The notes beneath the pieces were generated by a model. It had not been told where the DNA came from and did no database searches. It was given only the letters and a program-made list of their open reading frames with translations. A DNA stretch of 49,298 nucleotides from Candidatus Yanofskybacteria bacterium (GTDB lineage: Bacteria; Patescibacteriota; Minisyncoccia; 2-02-FULL-40-12; IGHO2-01-FULL-4-A), in NCBI GenBank assembly GCA_016185545.1, contig JACPNJ010000002.1, positions 1 to 49,298 on the forward strand, given 5' to 3'. The position numbers were made by a program, and so were the translations under genes. The first letter of the stretch is position 1, and each line of letters begins with the position of its first letter. Below are positions 28,015-38,700 of this stretch, piece by piece.

Positions 28015-29649
28015 TTACTTACTTATCGCTGCTTTTATGAAACTTCTGAATATGGGGTGCGGGTTTAGGGGGCGGGATTTGAGTTCGGGGTGGAATTGGG
28101 TGGCAACAAAAAACTTATGTTTGGGCAGTTCAATGATTTCCACCAGATTTTTATCGGGATTAATCCCGGACCTGACTAAACCTTTTTTCTCAAGCTCATC
28201 TATGTATTTATTGTTAACTTCATACCTGTGGCGGTGTCTCTCGCAAATCATGCCCGAGCCGTATATTTTATGCGCCAGTGTGCCATTCTTTATTTCGCAA
28301 ACATAACTGCCGAGCCGCATCGTACCGCCCAGATTTTTATTGGCAATATTAGCAAGTTGTTCACTCATCGTACAAATCACCGGATGCACTGTGTCGGGCG
28401 CAATCTCGGTCGTATGCGCCTTTTTTAGATTGCAAATATTTCTGGCAAATTCAATAACGGCAAGCTGTAAACCGTAACACAAACCCAGAAACGGAATATT
28501 ATTCGTACGCGCGTAATTTATCACCTTGATTTTGCCCTCAACACCGCGCGAACCGAAGCCGCCTGGCACAATAATTCCATCAAATTCTTTTAATTTTGTC
28601 AAGGCGCGCGGATTTTTCTCGTATCCCTCGGCATTAAGCCAAGTAATGACCGGCCTGCGGTTATTGGCCCAAGCGGCATGCTTCACCGCTTCAATGACTG
28701 AAATATAGGAATCGGCCAATGTAAAAGCGCCGCTTGCAAAATATTTCCCCGCTATACCTATTTTTACCGACAGCAATTTTTTATTTTTTACTCTACCGAC
28801 CAGATTTTTCCACTTGTTAAAATTTTTCTTTGCCCCGGTTAGACCGAAATGGTTTACAATTCTTAAACCAAGTTTATCTTTCTCAAAATTAATAGGTATC
28901 TCATAAATTGAATCAACATCCGGTGCCGATATGACATTATGATCCGCCACATTGCAAAAAACCGATATTTTTTTCTTGCGTTCGTTATCCAGCGGAACCG
29001 ATGACCGAGCGATAATCATATCCGGCTGGATACCGGCCATGTTAAGGGTACGGACGGCATATTGGGTCGGCTTAGTTTTCATCTCGCCTACCATTTGCGG
29101 TATCGGCAAGTAGCTTACCAATAAAAACAAAACGTTGGCCGGTTCGGTAAGTTTTAACATTCTTGCCGCTTCCAAAAACAGCATATTCTGGTACTCGCCT
29201 ACCGTTCCGCCTATTTCCACAAGCACAAAATCAGCCCGATTGATTCTTGCCGCGTTTTTAATCCGGCCAATTACTTCATTTGGAATGTCGGGAACCACCT
29301 CTACGCACTTGCCGCCATATTCAAGATTCCTTTCTTTCTGGATTACCGCCTGGTAAACCGAGCCGGTGGTCATATAATTGGTCTTAAGAATGTTCTGGTC
29401 TAAAAACCGTTCGTAATTACCTATGTCCTGGTCGCATTCCAAACCGTCTTCGGTTACAAAAACTTCTCCGTGCTCAACAGGATTCATGGTGCCGGCATCA
29501 ACATTTATGTAGGGGTCGATTTTTACGGCGGTTACGGAAAAGCCGTATTCCTTAAGAATACGGCCGATGGATGCGGTTGCCACACCCTTGCCCACACCGG
29601 ACATCACTCCCCCAGCCACAAAAATATATTTGGTTTTATTTGAAGTCAT
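28015..29649 (-). CDS. pyrG: CTP synthase
   Basis: KYIFVAGGVMSGVGKG, KIDPYINVDAGTM, KTKPTQ, GFGSRG, GLCYG, ERHRHRYE, QFHPE. Confidence 0.98.
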   Translation of the reverse strand: MTSNKTKYIFVAGGVMSGVGKGVATASIGRILKEYGFSVTAVKIDPYINVDAGTMNPVEHGEVFVTEDGLECDQDIGNYERFLDQNILKTNYMTTGSVYQAVIQKERNLEYGGKCVEVVPDIPNEVIGRIKNAARINRADFVLVEIGGTVGEYQNMLFLEAARMLKLTEPANVLFLLVSYLPIPQMVGEMKTKPTQYAVRTLNMAGIQPDMIIARSSVPLDNERKKKISVFCNVADHNVISAPDVDSIYEIPINFEKDKLGLRIVNHFGLTGAKKNFNKWKNLVGRVKNKKLLSVKIGIAGKYFASGAFTLADSYISVIEAVKHAAWANNRRPVITWLNAEGYEKNPRALTKLKEFDGIIVPGGFGSRGVEGKIKVINYARTNNIPFLGLCYGLQLAVIEFARNICNLKKAHTTEIAPDTVHPVICTMSEQLANIANKNLGGTMRLGSYVCEIKNGTLAHKIYGSGMICERHRHRYEVNNKYIDELEKKGLVRSGINPDKNLVEIIELPKHKFFVATQFHPELKSRPLNPHPIFRSFIKAAISK

Positions 29650-29664
29650 AATGAGTTAAATATA

Positions 29665-30031
29665 TCTCAAAATTACAAACCTCGCTCCGCCCCTATCATT
29701 TTTCTCTCGGTGTCCCTCACTCCTTAAGAGTCTGGCTCAATCTAGAACTGCCGACGCAGACAGTATCAGATTTTCTTACAACGTCATGCCTTCCTGCAAA
29801 TCTTCCTTAGCGGCCTATCGTTCCTAGCAATTTGCGGTTATCCATTCCCCCTCCGCCTACTGGCTCCGGGGCCCGCAAATTGCCAGCGGAACAATATACG
29901 TCCACTTCGTCAATTTGCTAGTCGGCAGACGAATGACGAAAATCTGATACTGTCTGCTTACAAAATCACATTTGGTACAATGTTCGAAAAATGACAAGGG
30001 CTTCGCTTAGACCGGTTTGTAATTTTTGAGA
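29665..30031. mobile_element. Nested-palindrome (MITE-like) element, family B
   Basis: Termini tctcaaaattacaaacc / ggtttgtaatttttgaga; perfect 20-bp internal stem 29756-29775 / 29938-29957; further inner stems; partial homologue at 48761. Confidence 0.65.
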
Positions 30032-30111
30032 GTTCTTACAACAAAAATGGCTTAAAATAAAGTTTTTTAGGCCAGGCTTTTTTATTTTTCAAGGTTGTTT
30101 GCAGGGGGTTT

Positions 30112-30454
30112 GTTTTTAATCCCTCAAAAATTAGCCCAAGCGGAAGCAGTGCCTTGTCCGAGCGACCTCGCAGCCAAGTAAGTCAGCGAACCGAGAAATA
30201 GGATTTGTCTAAAATTCGGGGTCGAGCCAGCAAATTATTAAATTGTAATCAATTTAATAATTTGCACTCCAAAGAGGCGAGGGGGCTATACAAAGCTTAG
30301 CCCAGCCTTACTTAGGAGTTCAACTCCTAAGTAAGGCTGGGCGGGCACCAGAATTTTAGAAACAAATCCTATTTCAAATGAGCTGATGAGCGCAGGCGAG
30401 GACTAAGCGAGGGCAAGGTACTGCTGGAGCCTAATTTTTGGTGAGATTAAAAAC
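30112..30454. repeat. Nested-palindrome element downstream of lemA
   Basis: Successive arms gtttttaatc/gattaaaaac, caaaaattag/ctaatttttg, gcagtgccttgtcc/gggcaaggtactgc and gaaataggatttgt/acaaatcctatttc; internal 16-bp and 21-bp perfect hairpins. Confidence 0.8.
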
Positions 30455-31001
30455 TGACCTTCACCGGTTCTTTCTCAACGGAATTACCAATCTCAAAAAA
30501 CTGTTCTTTTTTAAATCCAAACATTGAGGCGACCAGATTGGTCGGAACTTGTTCAATCTTGGTGTTGAGTGTTAGCACATTAGTATTATAAAACCTGCGC
30601 GCGGCTTGGATTTTATTTTCGGTGTCGGATAATTCATCCTGCAATTTGGCAAAGTTCTCGGAAGCTCGCAGAGTCGGATACGCCTCAGCCAAAGCAAATA
30701 AACTCTTGAGCGCGCCGGATAGCATATTTTCCGCTTGTCCATGTTCGGCCACAGAATGCGCGCCCATCGCCGCAGACCGCGCCTTGATAACTCGTTCAAA
30801 AACCTCACTCTCATGAGTGGCATAACCTTTAACCGTATTAACAAGGTTTGGAATCAGGTCATATCGCCGCTTTAACTGAACATCAATATCCGACCAGGAT
30901 TCCTTGACCCGATTGCGCGACCTCACCAGCGCATTAAAAGCCCCCGCTAGCCACAAAACAACTACAACTACGATTATTAAAATTATGTATGTAATTGACA
31001 T
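30447..31001 (-). CDS. lemA: LemA family protein
   Basis: WSDIDVQLKRRYDLIPNLV, AEAYPTLRASENF, ARRFYN. Confidence 0.96.
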   Translation of the reverse strand: MSITYIILIIVVVVVLWLAGAFNALVRSRNRVKESWSDIDVQLKRRYDLIPNLVNTVKGYATHESEVFERVIKARSAAMGAHSVAEHGQAENMLSGALKSLFALAEAYPTLRASENFAKLQDELSDTENKIQAARRFYNTNVLTLNTKIEQVPTNLVASMFGFKKEQFFEIGNSVEKEPVKVSF

Positions 31002-31003
31002 AA

Positions 31004-31288
31004 TTAAGATTTGACAAAAACCGCATCTTCTAATTTATCAACTCGCTTTTTAACCTGCTTAATTTCTCTGTTTAGCGACACATCCAAATTTTCTACCTTA
31101 TTTACCACTTCGCAAAGCTCTGATTCTACCCGATCAATCTTATTTTCAAGGACATCAAACCTGCCGTCCATATCCTCAAATCTCTTATCTACTTGCTCAA
31201 ATCTCTTATCTACAGCATTAAAACCATTGCCTACCATTAGGGCTAATTTATCTAAAGTCATTTTGCTCTTTTTGGCGGCTTGTTTCAT
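31004..31288 (-). CDS. Small coiled-coil protein with VDKRFE heptad repeats
   Basis: GFNAVDKRFEQVDKRFEDMDGRF; ATG lies 7 nt after TGt-TATACT. Confidence 0.8.
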   Translation of the reverse strand: MKQAAKKSKMTLDKLALMVGNGFNAVDKRFEQVDKRFEDMDGRFDVLENKIDRVESELCEVVNKVENLDVSLNREIKQVKKRVDKLEDAVFVKS

Positions 31289-31370
31289 TGAGTTGAGTAT
31301 AACATACTACACAAACAAAAACAAAAGCCGAGTTTACTCGGCATTAAGTAATTATCAATATACTCATCTA

Positions 31371-31778
31371 TCAATTAAAATCAATAGTAACCGAATCAAG
31401 GGAATATTTCTTCAATAATGGACGAATGATATTATCCATATAGGCCGTATCCTTCGGAGAATACTGCGCAACGGCATCAAGCACAGCTGACAATTGGACC
31501 GACTGCTGAGGCAATAACCCATGTTTCAGGCAAAAAGAGCAAGCATATTCAATAACGAATCCGACGCATTTTTCCTCTTCTATTTCTGGATAATTATCTT
31601 CAAGTATGGTCAAAATATCATTGACCCTTTTTTCTGTTACGCTACAATCCTTCACTAAAACCCAAATGCTGTCTAAATGCTTGCAATAAGCCGCAAAGGG
31701 TTGAAACGGTTCATGGGATTTATCTACAAAAAATTTTATGATTTCCTCTCTTATTCTTTGAATTTCATCATCACCCAT
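31371..31778 (-). CDS. Hypothetical protein
   Basis: 135-aa ORF with an SD-like aaggaggag upstream. Confidence 0.7.
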   Translation of the reverse strand: MGDDEIQRIREEIIKFFVDKSHEPFQPFAAYCKHLDSIWVLVKDCSVTEKRVNDILTILEDNYPEIEEEKCVGFVIEYACSFCLKHGLLPQQSVQLSAVLDAVAQYSPKDTAYMDNIIRPLLKKYSLDSVTIDFN

Positions 31779-31844
31779 TGCTTCTCCTCCTTATTAAAAA
31801 ACTTGGTAATAAACCAATTATACCATTTTAACTTTATAAAAACA

Positions 31845-33953
31845 TTACTTCTTTCCTTCAATAATTAAATTGGCTACATTTTGGGGTACTTCCTCATAGT
31901 GGTCAAACTCCATATTATACGTTCCGCGGCCTTCGGACAGAGAGCGGATTGTCGTGGCATAACCAAACATTTCCGAAAGTGGAACTTTGGCATCAATCAC
32001 TTTGAGATTAAGCGGCGAACGGTCGGACATCTGTTCAATCCGGCCACGGCGGGAATTGAGATCACCGGTCGTTTCGCCCAAAAATTTATCAGGTATAATT
32101 ACCTCCACTTTCATAATCGGTTCGAGCAAAACCGGCTTGGCGCGTTTCGCGGCTTCCTGCAATGCCATAGCCGCGGCAATCTTGAAAGCGATTTCCGATG
32201 AGTCAACTTCATGATAGGTGCCATCATAAAGCGTAACTTTCAAGTCAACCAGCGGATAACCGGCAATCACGCCTTTATCCAGCGCTTCTCGCACACCTTT
32301 CTCAGCCGCCGGAATAAATTCCTGTGGAATTACACCGCTTTTAATCGCGTCAACAAATTCAAATCCGCCGCCTCGCCCCTGCGGTTCCACGCGCAGCCAA
32401 ACATGGCCGTATTGACCGCGCCCCCCGGATTGTCTGATATATTTGCCCTCGGCTTGGGCGGTTTCCCTGACTGTTTCCTTATAAGCCACTTGCGGACGGC
32501 CGACATTGGCGCCAACGTTGAATTCCCGCTTCATTCTGTCCACTATGATTTCCAGGTGTAATTCACCCATACCTGAAATTATGGTCTCCGCTGTTTCTTC
32601 ATCGGTCTTTATCCTGAATGTCGGGTCCTCGTCGGAAAGTTTTTTCAAAGCCAAGCTCATTTTTTCCTGGTCAGCTTTGGTTTTGGGCTCAATGCGCAAT
32701 GAAATAACCGGCTCTGGGAAAATAATTTTTTCAAGAATAATCGGATTATTCGGATCGCAAAGCGTATCCCCCGTCTTGGTCGCTTTCAGTCCCACCGTAG
32801 CCGCAATCCCTCCGGCATACACTTCTTTAATATCTTCACGGTCGTTGGCGCGCATGCGAAGAATCCTGCCTATTCTTTCCTGATTGCCGGTAGAACTGTT
32901 TAAAACATAAGAACCGGCATTGAGTACTCCCGAATAAACCCTGAAAAATGTCAGTTGGCCAACGAAAGGATCAGTGGCAACCTTAAAAGCCAGCGCGGCA
33001 AACGGCGCATCATCACTCGGTTCACGACTAAGCTCGTTGCCGTTTTTGGGGTCAATTCCCCTTACCGCCGATTTATCTATTGGCGATGGCAGATAATCAA
33101 CAACACCATCAAGCACGAACTGTACGCCCTTATTGCGCAGAGCCGAACCAACAAATACGGGCACCAGTTTGTTATCAATCGTGGCCTTGCGTAATATTTG
33201 CTTGAGCCGCTCAATGCTAATTTCTTTGCCCTCCAGATACTCCGCCATCGCTTCGTCATTATGCTCAACTATTTTTTCCACCAGCTCCGCTCTGGCCGCT
33301 TCCGCATGCTTGCGAAACTCCTCTGACGGAATCTCGGCTTCAACGACGCGCTCCCCAAGCTCACCCTCAAACTTAAAATATTTCATTTCAAGCAGATTAA
33401 TTACGCCCTGAAACTGGTTCTCTTCACCATCGGGAATTTGCATGCGGATGGCATTGGGCGTCAGCCGTTCAAGAATGGATATAAATGATCGCTCGAAGGA
33501 CGCACCCAAACGGTCTAATTTATTGATAAAACAAATTCTCGGCACGCCATACTCATCGGCATAACGCCAGTTGGTCTCCGATTGCGGTTCAACACCGGCC
33601 ACACCGTCAAAAACCACTACCGCGCCGTCAAGTACGCGCAACGACCGTTTAACCTCTACCGTAAAATCAATATGTCCAGGGGTGTCTATTATATTTATGC
33701 GATGCTCAGTGTCTTTGCTTTTGGTCATACCGATTGGCACCCAATAGCTAGTAACAGCTGCAGCAGTAATCGTAATCCCCCGCTCGCGTTCTTGCTCCAT
33801 CCAGTCGGTTACGGTTTCGCCTTCATGCACCTCGCCGATTTTATGGGAAACACCGGTATAAAACAAAACCCGCTCGGTAACAGTAGTTTTACCGGCGTCA
33901 ATATGGGCAATGATGCCTATATTCCTAATTTTTTCGATTGGGAAATCTGACAT
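31845..33953 (-). CDS. fusA: Elongation factor G
   Basis: [49 protein letters not shown]. Confidence 0.99.
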   Translation of the reverse strand: MSDFPIEKIRNIGIIAHIDAGKTTVTERVLFYTGVSHKIGEVHEGETVTDWMEQERERGITITAAAVTSYWVPIGMTKSKDTEHRINIIDTPGHIDFTVEVKRSLRVLDGAVVVFDGVAGVEPQSETNWRYADEYGVPRICFINKLDRLGASFERSFISILERLTPNAIRMQIPDGEENQFQGVINLLEMKYFKFEGELGERVVEAEIPSEEFRKHAEAARAELVEKIVEHNDEAMAEYLEGKEISIERLKQILRKATIDNKLVPVFVGSALRNKGVQFVLDGVVDYLPSPIDKSAVRGIDPKNGNELSREPSDDAPFAALAFKVATDPFVGQLTFFRVYSGVLNAGSYVLNSSTGNQERIGRILRMRANDREDIKEVYAGGIAATVGLKATKTGDTLCDPNNPIILEKIIFPEPVISLRIEPKTKADQEKMSLALKKLSDEDPTFRIKTDEETAETIISGMGELHLEIIVDRMKREFNVGANVGRPQVAYKETVRETAQAEGKYIRQSGGRGQYGHVWLRVEPQGRGGGFEFVDAIKSGVIPQEFIPAAEKGVREALDKGVIAGYPLVDLKVTLYDGTYHEVDSSEIAFKIAAAMALQEAAKRAKPVLLEPIMKVEVIIPDKFLGETTGDLNSRRGRIEQMSDRSPLNLKVIDAKVPLSEMFGYATTIRSLSEGRGTYNMEFDHYEEVPQNVANLIIEGKK

Positions 33954-34045
33954 TATAAAAAAATAACGCTGGAACAGTTTGCTCTAGCGCCAGCTGATAT
34001 AAAATTTAGTATAGCAAAATTTTAAATCCAGTCAAATTAAATTAT

Positions 34046-34074
34046 TTGCAAAAGGGAGCTGAATTTGGTATATT
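34046..34074 (+). promoter_or_regulatory. sigma70 promoter for rpsT
   Basis: TTGCAA, 17-nt spacer, TGg-TATATT. Confidence 0.65.
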
Positions 34075-34254
34075 ATAACTTACGCGTTTGGCCAAGTTCT
34101 AGGCGAGCACGAGGAGCGAACCGAGGCGTAGTAAAACTACGCCGAGGAAGCACTGGAGTGCTCAACAAAGAAATTGGGCAACCCCTGCGGCTTTGAAGCC
34201 GCGCAAAGCCCAAAAGACATTCGGGCTTCGCGGCGAAAAGCGCGTAAGTTATAA
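34073..34254. repeat. Nested-hairpin element occupying the rpsT 5' UTR
   Basis: Perfect 14-bp termini ttataacttacgcg/cgcgtaagttataa abut the ATG; inner hairpins ggcgtagt/actacgcc, gagcac/gtgctc and gccgcg..agccc/gggct.cgcggc. Confidence 0.75.
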
Positions 34255-34527
34255 ATGCCTATTACTAAATCGGCCAAGAAAGCCCTAAAACAATCAAAAA
34301 GGCGGCAAAAGCAAAACATCAGGCGGAAAATAAAGTTCCGCTCTTTGGTTAAGGAATTCCGTAAGGCCGTCAAGGCCAAGAATTTTGATAAAGCCGAAAA
34401 AATGATCCCGAGTGTTTATAAGGCTTTGGATAAAGCGGCCAAAGGCAAGGCAATCAAGAAAAATACCGCCGACCGAACTAAATCACGGCTTACCCACGCA
34501 TTGAATAAAAACAACAAGACAAATTAA
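34255..34527 (+). CDS. rpsT: 30S ribosomal protein S20
   Basis: MPITKSAKKALKQS...LDKAAK...IKKNTADRTKSRL. Confidence 0.96.
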   Translation: MPITKSAKKALKQSKRRQKQNIRRKIKFRSLVKEFRKAVKAKNFDKAEKMIPSVYKALDKAAKGKAIKKNTADRTKSRLTHALNKNNKTN

Positions 34528-34567
34528 AAAATACTCCCGCTGTTAGGCGGGTATATTTTTTAGGATT

Positions 34568-35665
34568 TTAGGACGAATGTTTGGAAATATTTACCACAAT
34601 GCCAAGCCCGGCTAAAATTGACACCAGCGACGAACTGCCAAAACTTATAAACGGCAATGGCAGTCCGGTCAGCGGAATCAAACCGGAAATGGCAAAAATA
34701 TTGATAAGCGCCTGTCCGCAGATCCAAACAATAATACCCAAAACCAATATACCCCCGAATTGGTTGGCGGCAGATTTGGCGATATTTATCATTGCCAGAG
34801 ACAAAACTAAAAATAATACCAAAAGGAATATGCCGCCTACCAAACCAAGCTCCTCAACAACTATGGCGAAAATTGAATCGCCAACCGGCTCAGGAAGGAA
34901 GTTATTAATTTTCTGACGGCTCTGGCCAAATCCCAAACCGAAAATCCCGCCAGAGCCAATACCCATAAGCGCCTGATTGATATGATATGAAGTATCACGC
35001 TGGTCTGATGATGGATTAAGAAATGCTTTGAGTCGGTCAAATCTGTACGGCTCAACAACCGACAACGCGCCAAGCATGATGCCAACAATCAAAAACAAAA
35101 CGACAAAATGAGTGAATTTAGCACCGGCGAAAAAATACATTGAAATTGCTATCAAAGTAACTAAAATCAGGGTGCCCATATCCGGCTGGGATATCAATAA
35201 CAAGCCGATAAAACCTAGCACCAGTAAAAACGGCACCAGTGATTGCGGACTACCGCCGATCTGCCTGTCACGCCTTGAAAACCAAGCGGCAAGATAAATA
35301 ATCAGGGTAAGTTTCAAAAGTTCTGACGGCTGAAAAGTAAAAAACCCAAAATTCAACCAGCGGTTAGCCCCCCTTAGACCGTAGCCAACACCCGGCACAA
35401 AAACCAAAACCATAAGCCCGACCGCCACTATCAAAAGCGGAAGGGCAATTTTTTTCCAGAATTTGTAATTTATCTTAGAAAAAAGAAAAAAGAGAGCCAG
35501 GCCGGGCAAAACACCGTAAAGAAGCTGGTGCGTAAAATAGTAAGAAGCCGAACCAAAACGTTTTTGGCCTTCAACCACACCAGCCGATGACAGCATGACC
35601 AAACCGAAAACAATGAGGATAAAAATTAAGATGGTCAGGGTTTTGCCGGACTTAGAAATCTGCAT
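34568..35665 (-). CDS. ftsW: SEDS family cell division protein FtsW
   Basis: FGLVMLSSA, GANRWL, FQPSELLK, QPDMGT, GLGFGQSRQK, LPLPFISFGSSS; near mraY. Confidence 0.92.
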   Translation of the reverse strand: MQISKSGKTLTILIFILIVFGLVMLSSAGVVEGQKRFGSASYYFTHQLLYGVLPGLALFFLFSKINYKFWKKIALPLLIVAVGLMVLVFVPGVGYGLRGANRWLNFGFFTFQPSELLKLTLIIYLAAWFSRRDRQIGGSPQSLVPFLLVLGFIGLLLISQPDMGTLILVTLIAISMYFFAGAKFTHFVVLFLIVGIMLGALSVVEPYRFDRLKAFLNPSSDQRDTSYHINQALMGIGSGGIFGLGFGQSRQKINNFLPEPVGDSIFAIVVEELGLVGGIFLLVLFLVLSLAMINIAKSAANQFGGILVLGIIVWICGQALINIFAISGLIPLTGLPLPFISFGSSSLVSILAGLGIVVNISKHSS

Positions 35666-35683
35666 TGTGGTAATGGCCGACCT

Positions 35684-35902
35684 CTTAAAATTACAAACTT
35701 AACCAGCAAAAAAAACTCATTGACCGGCTACACGCGCGTGTTTTGCTGGCCCTTCGGGACAGGCGCAAAACGCGCGCGCCTCCGCCGGTAAACCCGCCCC
35801 AGCTCTTTACTGGTAAAGAGCTGGGCTAGAACTCTATCTTAGCAATAATCTTTGTGATAAAAATCGCTGATTGCTATCAGCTCCCGTGTTTGTAATTTTA
35901 AG
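35684..35902. mobile_element. Nested-palindrome element with family B termini
   Basis: Perfect 15-bp termini cttaaaattacaaac / gtttgtaattttaag; inner hairpins cgcgcgtgttttgc/gcaaaacgcgcgcg and cccagctctttac/gtaaagagctggg. Confidence 0.6.
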
Positions 35903-36374
35903 GTGGCAAAGGGGTAACTTCCACAAAATAATTATAAATAGTAAAGCCCATGAAAAAACCGGTTCTGCCAACAATTTCTAGTATTATGTAGCGAGCTTCG
36001 TTAATGTGCAACAACAAAAATGTGGCATCAAAAAACAAGAAAAACAGACACCAAATCCTGAACCAAAAATTTTCTTTCTCTACCCTAATAACTTCCGATG
36101 AAAACAGATTCTCTTCTGCTTTGTTGCATAAGTAAATCTTTCTTAAAAAGATTACACCAAAAAAGAAAAGAAAGAAGATATCAAGCACAGGAAAAATTGT
36201 TTTGATTGTTAAAAATGGTATGAAATAATTTAAGGCCCTCATAAATAATTCTAACAGGGCCATGAAAATCCCGATTTTGGCAAAGAAATAGCATGTCAGC
36301 CCGGTCAGTTTTTGGAACCAATGGCTGAATTTAGTAATTTTTTCAATGATCTTTCTGTCAAGCGCTTCCAGCAT
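35898..36374 (-). CDS. Hypothetical membrane protein
   Basis: AT-rich ORF with ~4 hydrophobic segments and SD-like aggag; stop codon lies inside the element terminus, so it may be truncated. Confidence 0.65.
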   Translation of the reverse strand: MLEALDRKIIEKITKFSHWFQKLTGLTCYFFAKIGIFMALLELFMRALNYFIPFLTIKTIFPVLDIFFLFFFGVIFLRKIYLCNKAEENLFSSEVIRVEKENFWFRIWCLFFLFFDATFLLLHINEARYIILEIVGRTGFFMGFTIYNYFVEVTPLPP

Positions 36375-36440
36375 TTTATACTCCTACTAGGTTCGTGTTA
36401 TAAAAATTATCTTAACATTTTATAAAGTTGATGTCAAATT

Positions 36441-37526
36441 TCAAAGTAGCGGCGGAATCTTGGAGTCAACCAAGAAAATTATTAACCCTATAATGGCACC
36501 GATCGCCGAAATCATCCAGAAGCGCATTGTAACTTGAGTTTCGGGCCAACCGCGGGCTTCAAAATGGTGGTGGATGGGAGTTGAAAGAAATATTTTTTTG
36601 CTACGAATTTTTTTAGAAACAATTTGGATAATCACCGAGCCGGATTCAATTATAAATATTACCCCGATTGGTATTAAAAGAAGTGGCGTATTTGTAAGCA
36701 TTGCTATTATACCCAACACCACGCCCAGAGACATAGACCCGGTATCACCCATAAAAAATTTGGCCGGGAAAATGTTGTGCCATAAAAACGCGACCAGCGA
36801 ACCCATAATCGCCGCGATAAAAACCACCAGATCCATCCTGCCCTGGTCAAAAGCAATCGCGCCATAAGCGGCAAATATCGTCAAAAATACGCCCGCCGCC
36901 AAACCATCCAAACCGTCGGTTTCATTAGCGGAAAATGAAGTAGCGACAATTATAAAAATAAAAAACGGAATATACCACCAGCCGATAGTAAAATCGCCTA
37001 AAAACGGAATATTTAGTGAATTAAAACCAAGCTTATAGAAAAACCACCAAGCGCCGCCGCCAGCCACAACCGCGTAAAGCAATAAGCGGTACTTCATTCT
37101 TAATCCGCCGCCCTTGGGACCGATACGCATGATCCCCAGTAAATCATCGGCTAATCCGACCAGCGCCGCGACAACTAAAGCGCCTAGCGGCAGCAATGTC
37201 TGCCCGCGGGAAAAAAAGTTAACTCGCGACCAAAATCCGTCAATGGATTTTGAAAGATACCAAAAAACCAAAGTTATGATAGTTACCGTCAGCCAAATCA
37301 AAATCCCACCCATAGTCGGAGTGCCTTCTTTTGCTTTATGCAATCTGTTAAAAATCGGGGCACCTTCAGTCCGCAACTGCTTGCCTAACTTATACTTATA
37401 CAAAACCTTCATCCAAATCGGCGTCAGCGCTAACGTGACGAAAAACGCCAATGTCGCCACGGTAAATATGCGGACTACATTGAAAATTGTGAAAACATTA
37501 TCAATCACAAGAAATTTAAAATGCAA
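36441..37526 (-). CDS. mraY: Phospho-N-acetylmuramoyl-pentapeptide transferase
   Basis: KEGTPTMGG, GLADD, NETDGLDGLA, FMGDTGS, PIHHHFE; start codon uncertain. Confidence 0.97.
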   Translation of the reverse strand: MHFKFLVIDNVFTIFNVVRIFTVATLAFFVTLALTPIWMKVLYKYKLGKQLRTEGAPIFNRLHKAKEGTPTMGGILIWLTVTIITLVFWYLSKSIDGFWSRVNFFSRGQTLLPLGALVVAALVGLADDLLGIMRIGPKGGGLRMKYRLLLYAVVAGGGAWWFFYKLGFNSLNIPFLGDFTIGWWYIPFFIFIIVATSFSANETDGLDGLAAGVFLTIFAAYGAIAFDQGRMDLVVFIAAIMGSLVAFLWHNIFPAKFFMGDTGSMSLGVVLGIIAMLTNTPLLLIPIGVIFIIESGSVIIQIVSKKIRSKKIFLSTPIHHHFEARGWPETQVTMRFWMISAIGAIIGLIIFLVDSKIPPLL

Positions 37527-37591
37527 ATCTCAAAATTAAAAATGACAATTTAAAATTTAAAAAAATGCATTTTGCATTGTTCACTTTCAAT

Positions 37592-38530
37592 TTACTCCCA
37601 TTGATACGCTTCTCTTACCCACTCTATCAGCTTTTTAGTTTCCCTGAAACGATCTGCCGAGCCGAGTATCACGCTTATCACATAATCATTGTCACCGCTT
37701 ATATTAACACCCAGCACCATGGTTCCCAATGCGCCGTCGGTATATCCGGTTTTTCCGATTTTTATACCAGGAATCTGATCAAGAAGCTGGTTGGTATTAA
37801 TCAAATGATGTTTTATTCTCCCGTCCAGCGAACTTACATCTGTTGTCGTCTTTTTTAGCGTTTGCAAAATCAATTCGTAATTTTCCGCGTAACGAACTAA
37901 CTTTACCAAATCAGCCGCGGTCGAAAAAGCATCATGATCGTCCAATCCGGCAGGATCGATAAATTTTGTATTGTACATTCCGAGTATTTTTGCTTTCTCA
38001 TTCATCTTTTCCACTAAATTCAGCCCCCTCTTCTGCGCTTCTGCGGCAAGGGTTAATGCCGCATCATTAGATGATTTTACCAGCAAAATTTCCAATAAAT
38101 CAACAACCTGCAGCTGTTCGCCCTTATAAAGGTCGGCGCCGTTATTGTCCACATTGATGGTTTCTGCCGGTACGGTAAAAACCCATTCTAAATCCAAATT
38201 TTCAAGCACAACCACGGCTGTCATAAGTTTGGTAATAGAGGCAATCGGTAAACGTTTATTTATATTTTTTGCAAAAAGAAAACGGCCTGACCCGACATCA
38301 AACAATGCGGCGGCTTTAGCGTCTATTTCCGGTTCGGGCACATTGAAATCACGGATAGGACTATAATTGGTGTCCGTTACCGGTAATAAAAATGCCCGCC
38401 CGCCACCACTTAGAGGCTGAGCCTCTAAGTTGGCATTTGGGACATCTATCGGATAACCGAAAATAAAAAAAACCGCGCCGCTTATCATTACGCCCAAAAC
38501 AATTGTGATTAAAATTACGTTTAGCCGCAT
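37592..38530 (-). CDS. D-alanyl-D-alanine carboxypeptidase (peptidase S11)
   Basis: SxxK (ASITKLMT), SxN (SSNDAA), KTG (GKTGYT). Confidence 0.93.
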   Translation of the reverse strand: MRLNVILITIVLGVMISGAVFFIFGYPIDVPNANLEAQPLSGGGRAFLLPVTDTNYSPIRDFNVPEPEIDAKAAALFDVGSGRFLFAKNINKRLPIASITKLMTAVVVLENLDLEWVFTVPAETINVDNNGADLYKGEQLQVVDLLEILLVKSSNDAALTLAAEAQKRGLNLVEKMNEKAKILGMYNTKFIDPAGLDDHDAFSTAADLVKLVRYAENYELILQTLKKTTTDVSSLDGRIKHHLINTNQLLDQIPGIKIGKTGYTDGALGTMVLGVNISGDNDYVISVILGSADRFRETKKLIEWVREAYQWE

Positions 38531-38537
38531 TTAGCTC

Positions 38538-38700
38538 GGGCTTGACGGGCAATACCTCCTATCACCATTTGAATTCCCAGCGAGAATTCTGCATTCCGTC
38601 AAAAGCGTGGATTTTACTCGCAGTGTTTTACTATTATACTGCTCGCAAACCGTGCAATCCACTCTTTTGACGGTGCTATGAGGCATTGCCTGTCAAGCCC
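38538..38700 (-). repeat. Structured repeat family A, copy 1 (inverted relative to copies 2 and 3)
   Basis: Reverse complement matches 45855-45990 closely: atgcctcatagcaccgtcaaaagagtggattgcacggtttgcgagcagtataatagtaaa...; own outer stem gggcttgac/gtcaagccc. Confidence 0.9.

Noticed and set aside
29665-30454. Identification as RNase P RNA, tmRNA, SRP RNA or a pyrG attenuator
   Set aside because: I found none of the hallmark sequences (GAGGAAAGUCC, tmRNA termini, SRP GGAA loop), and related sequence occurs upstream of unrelated genes.
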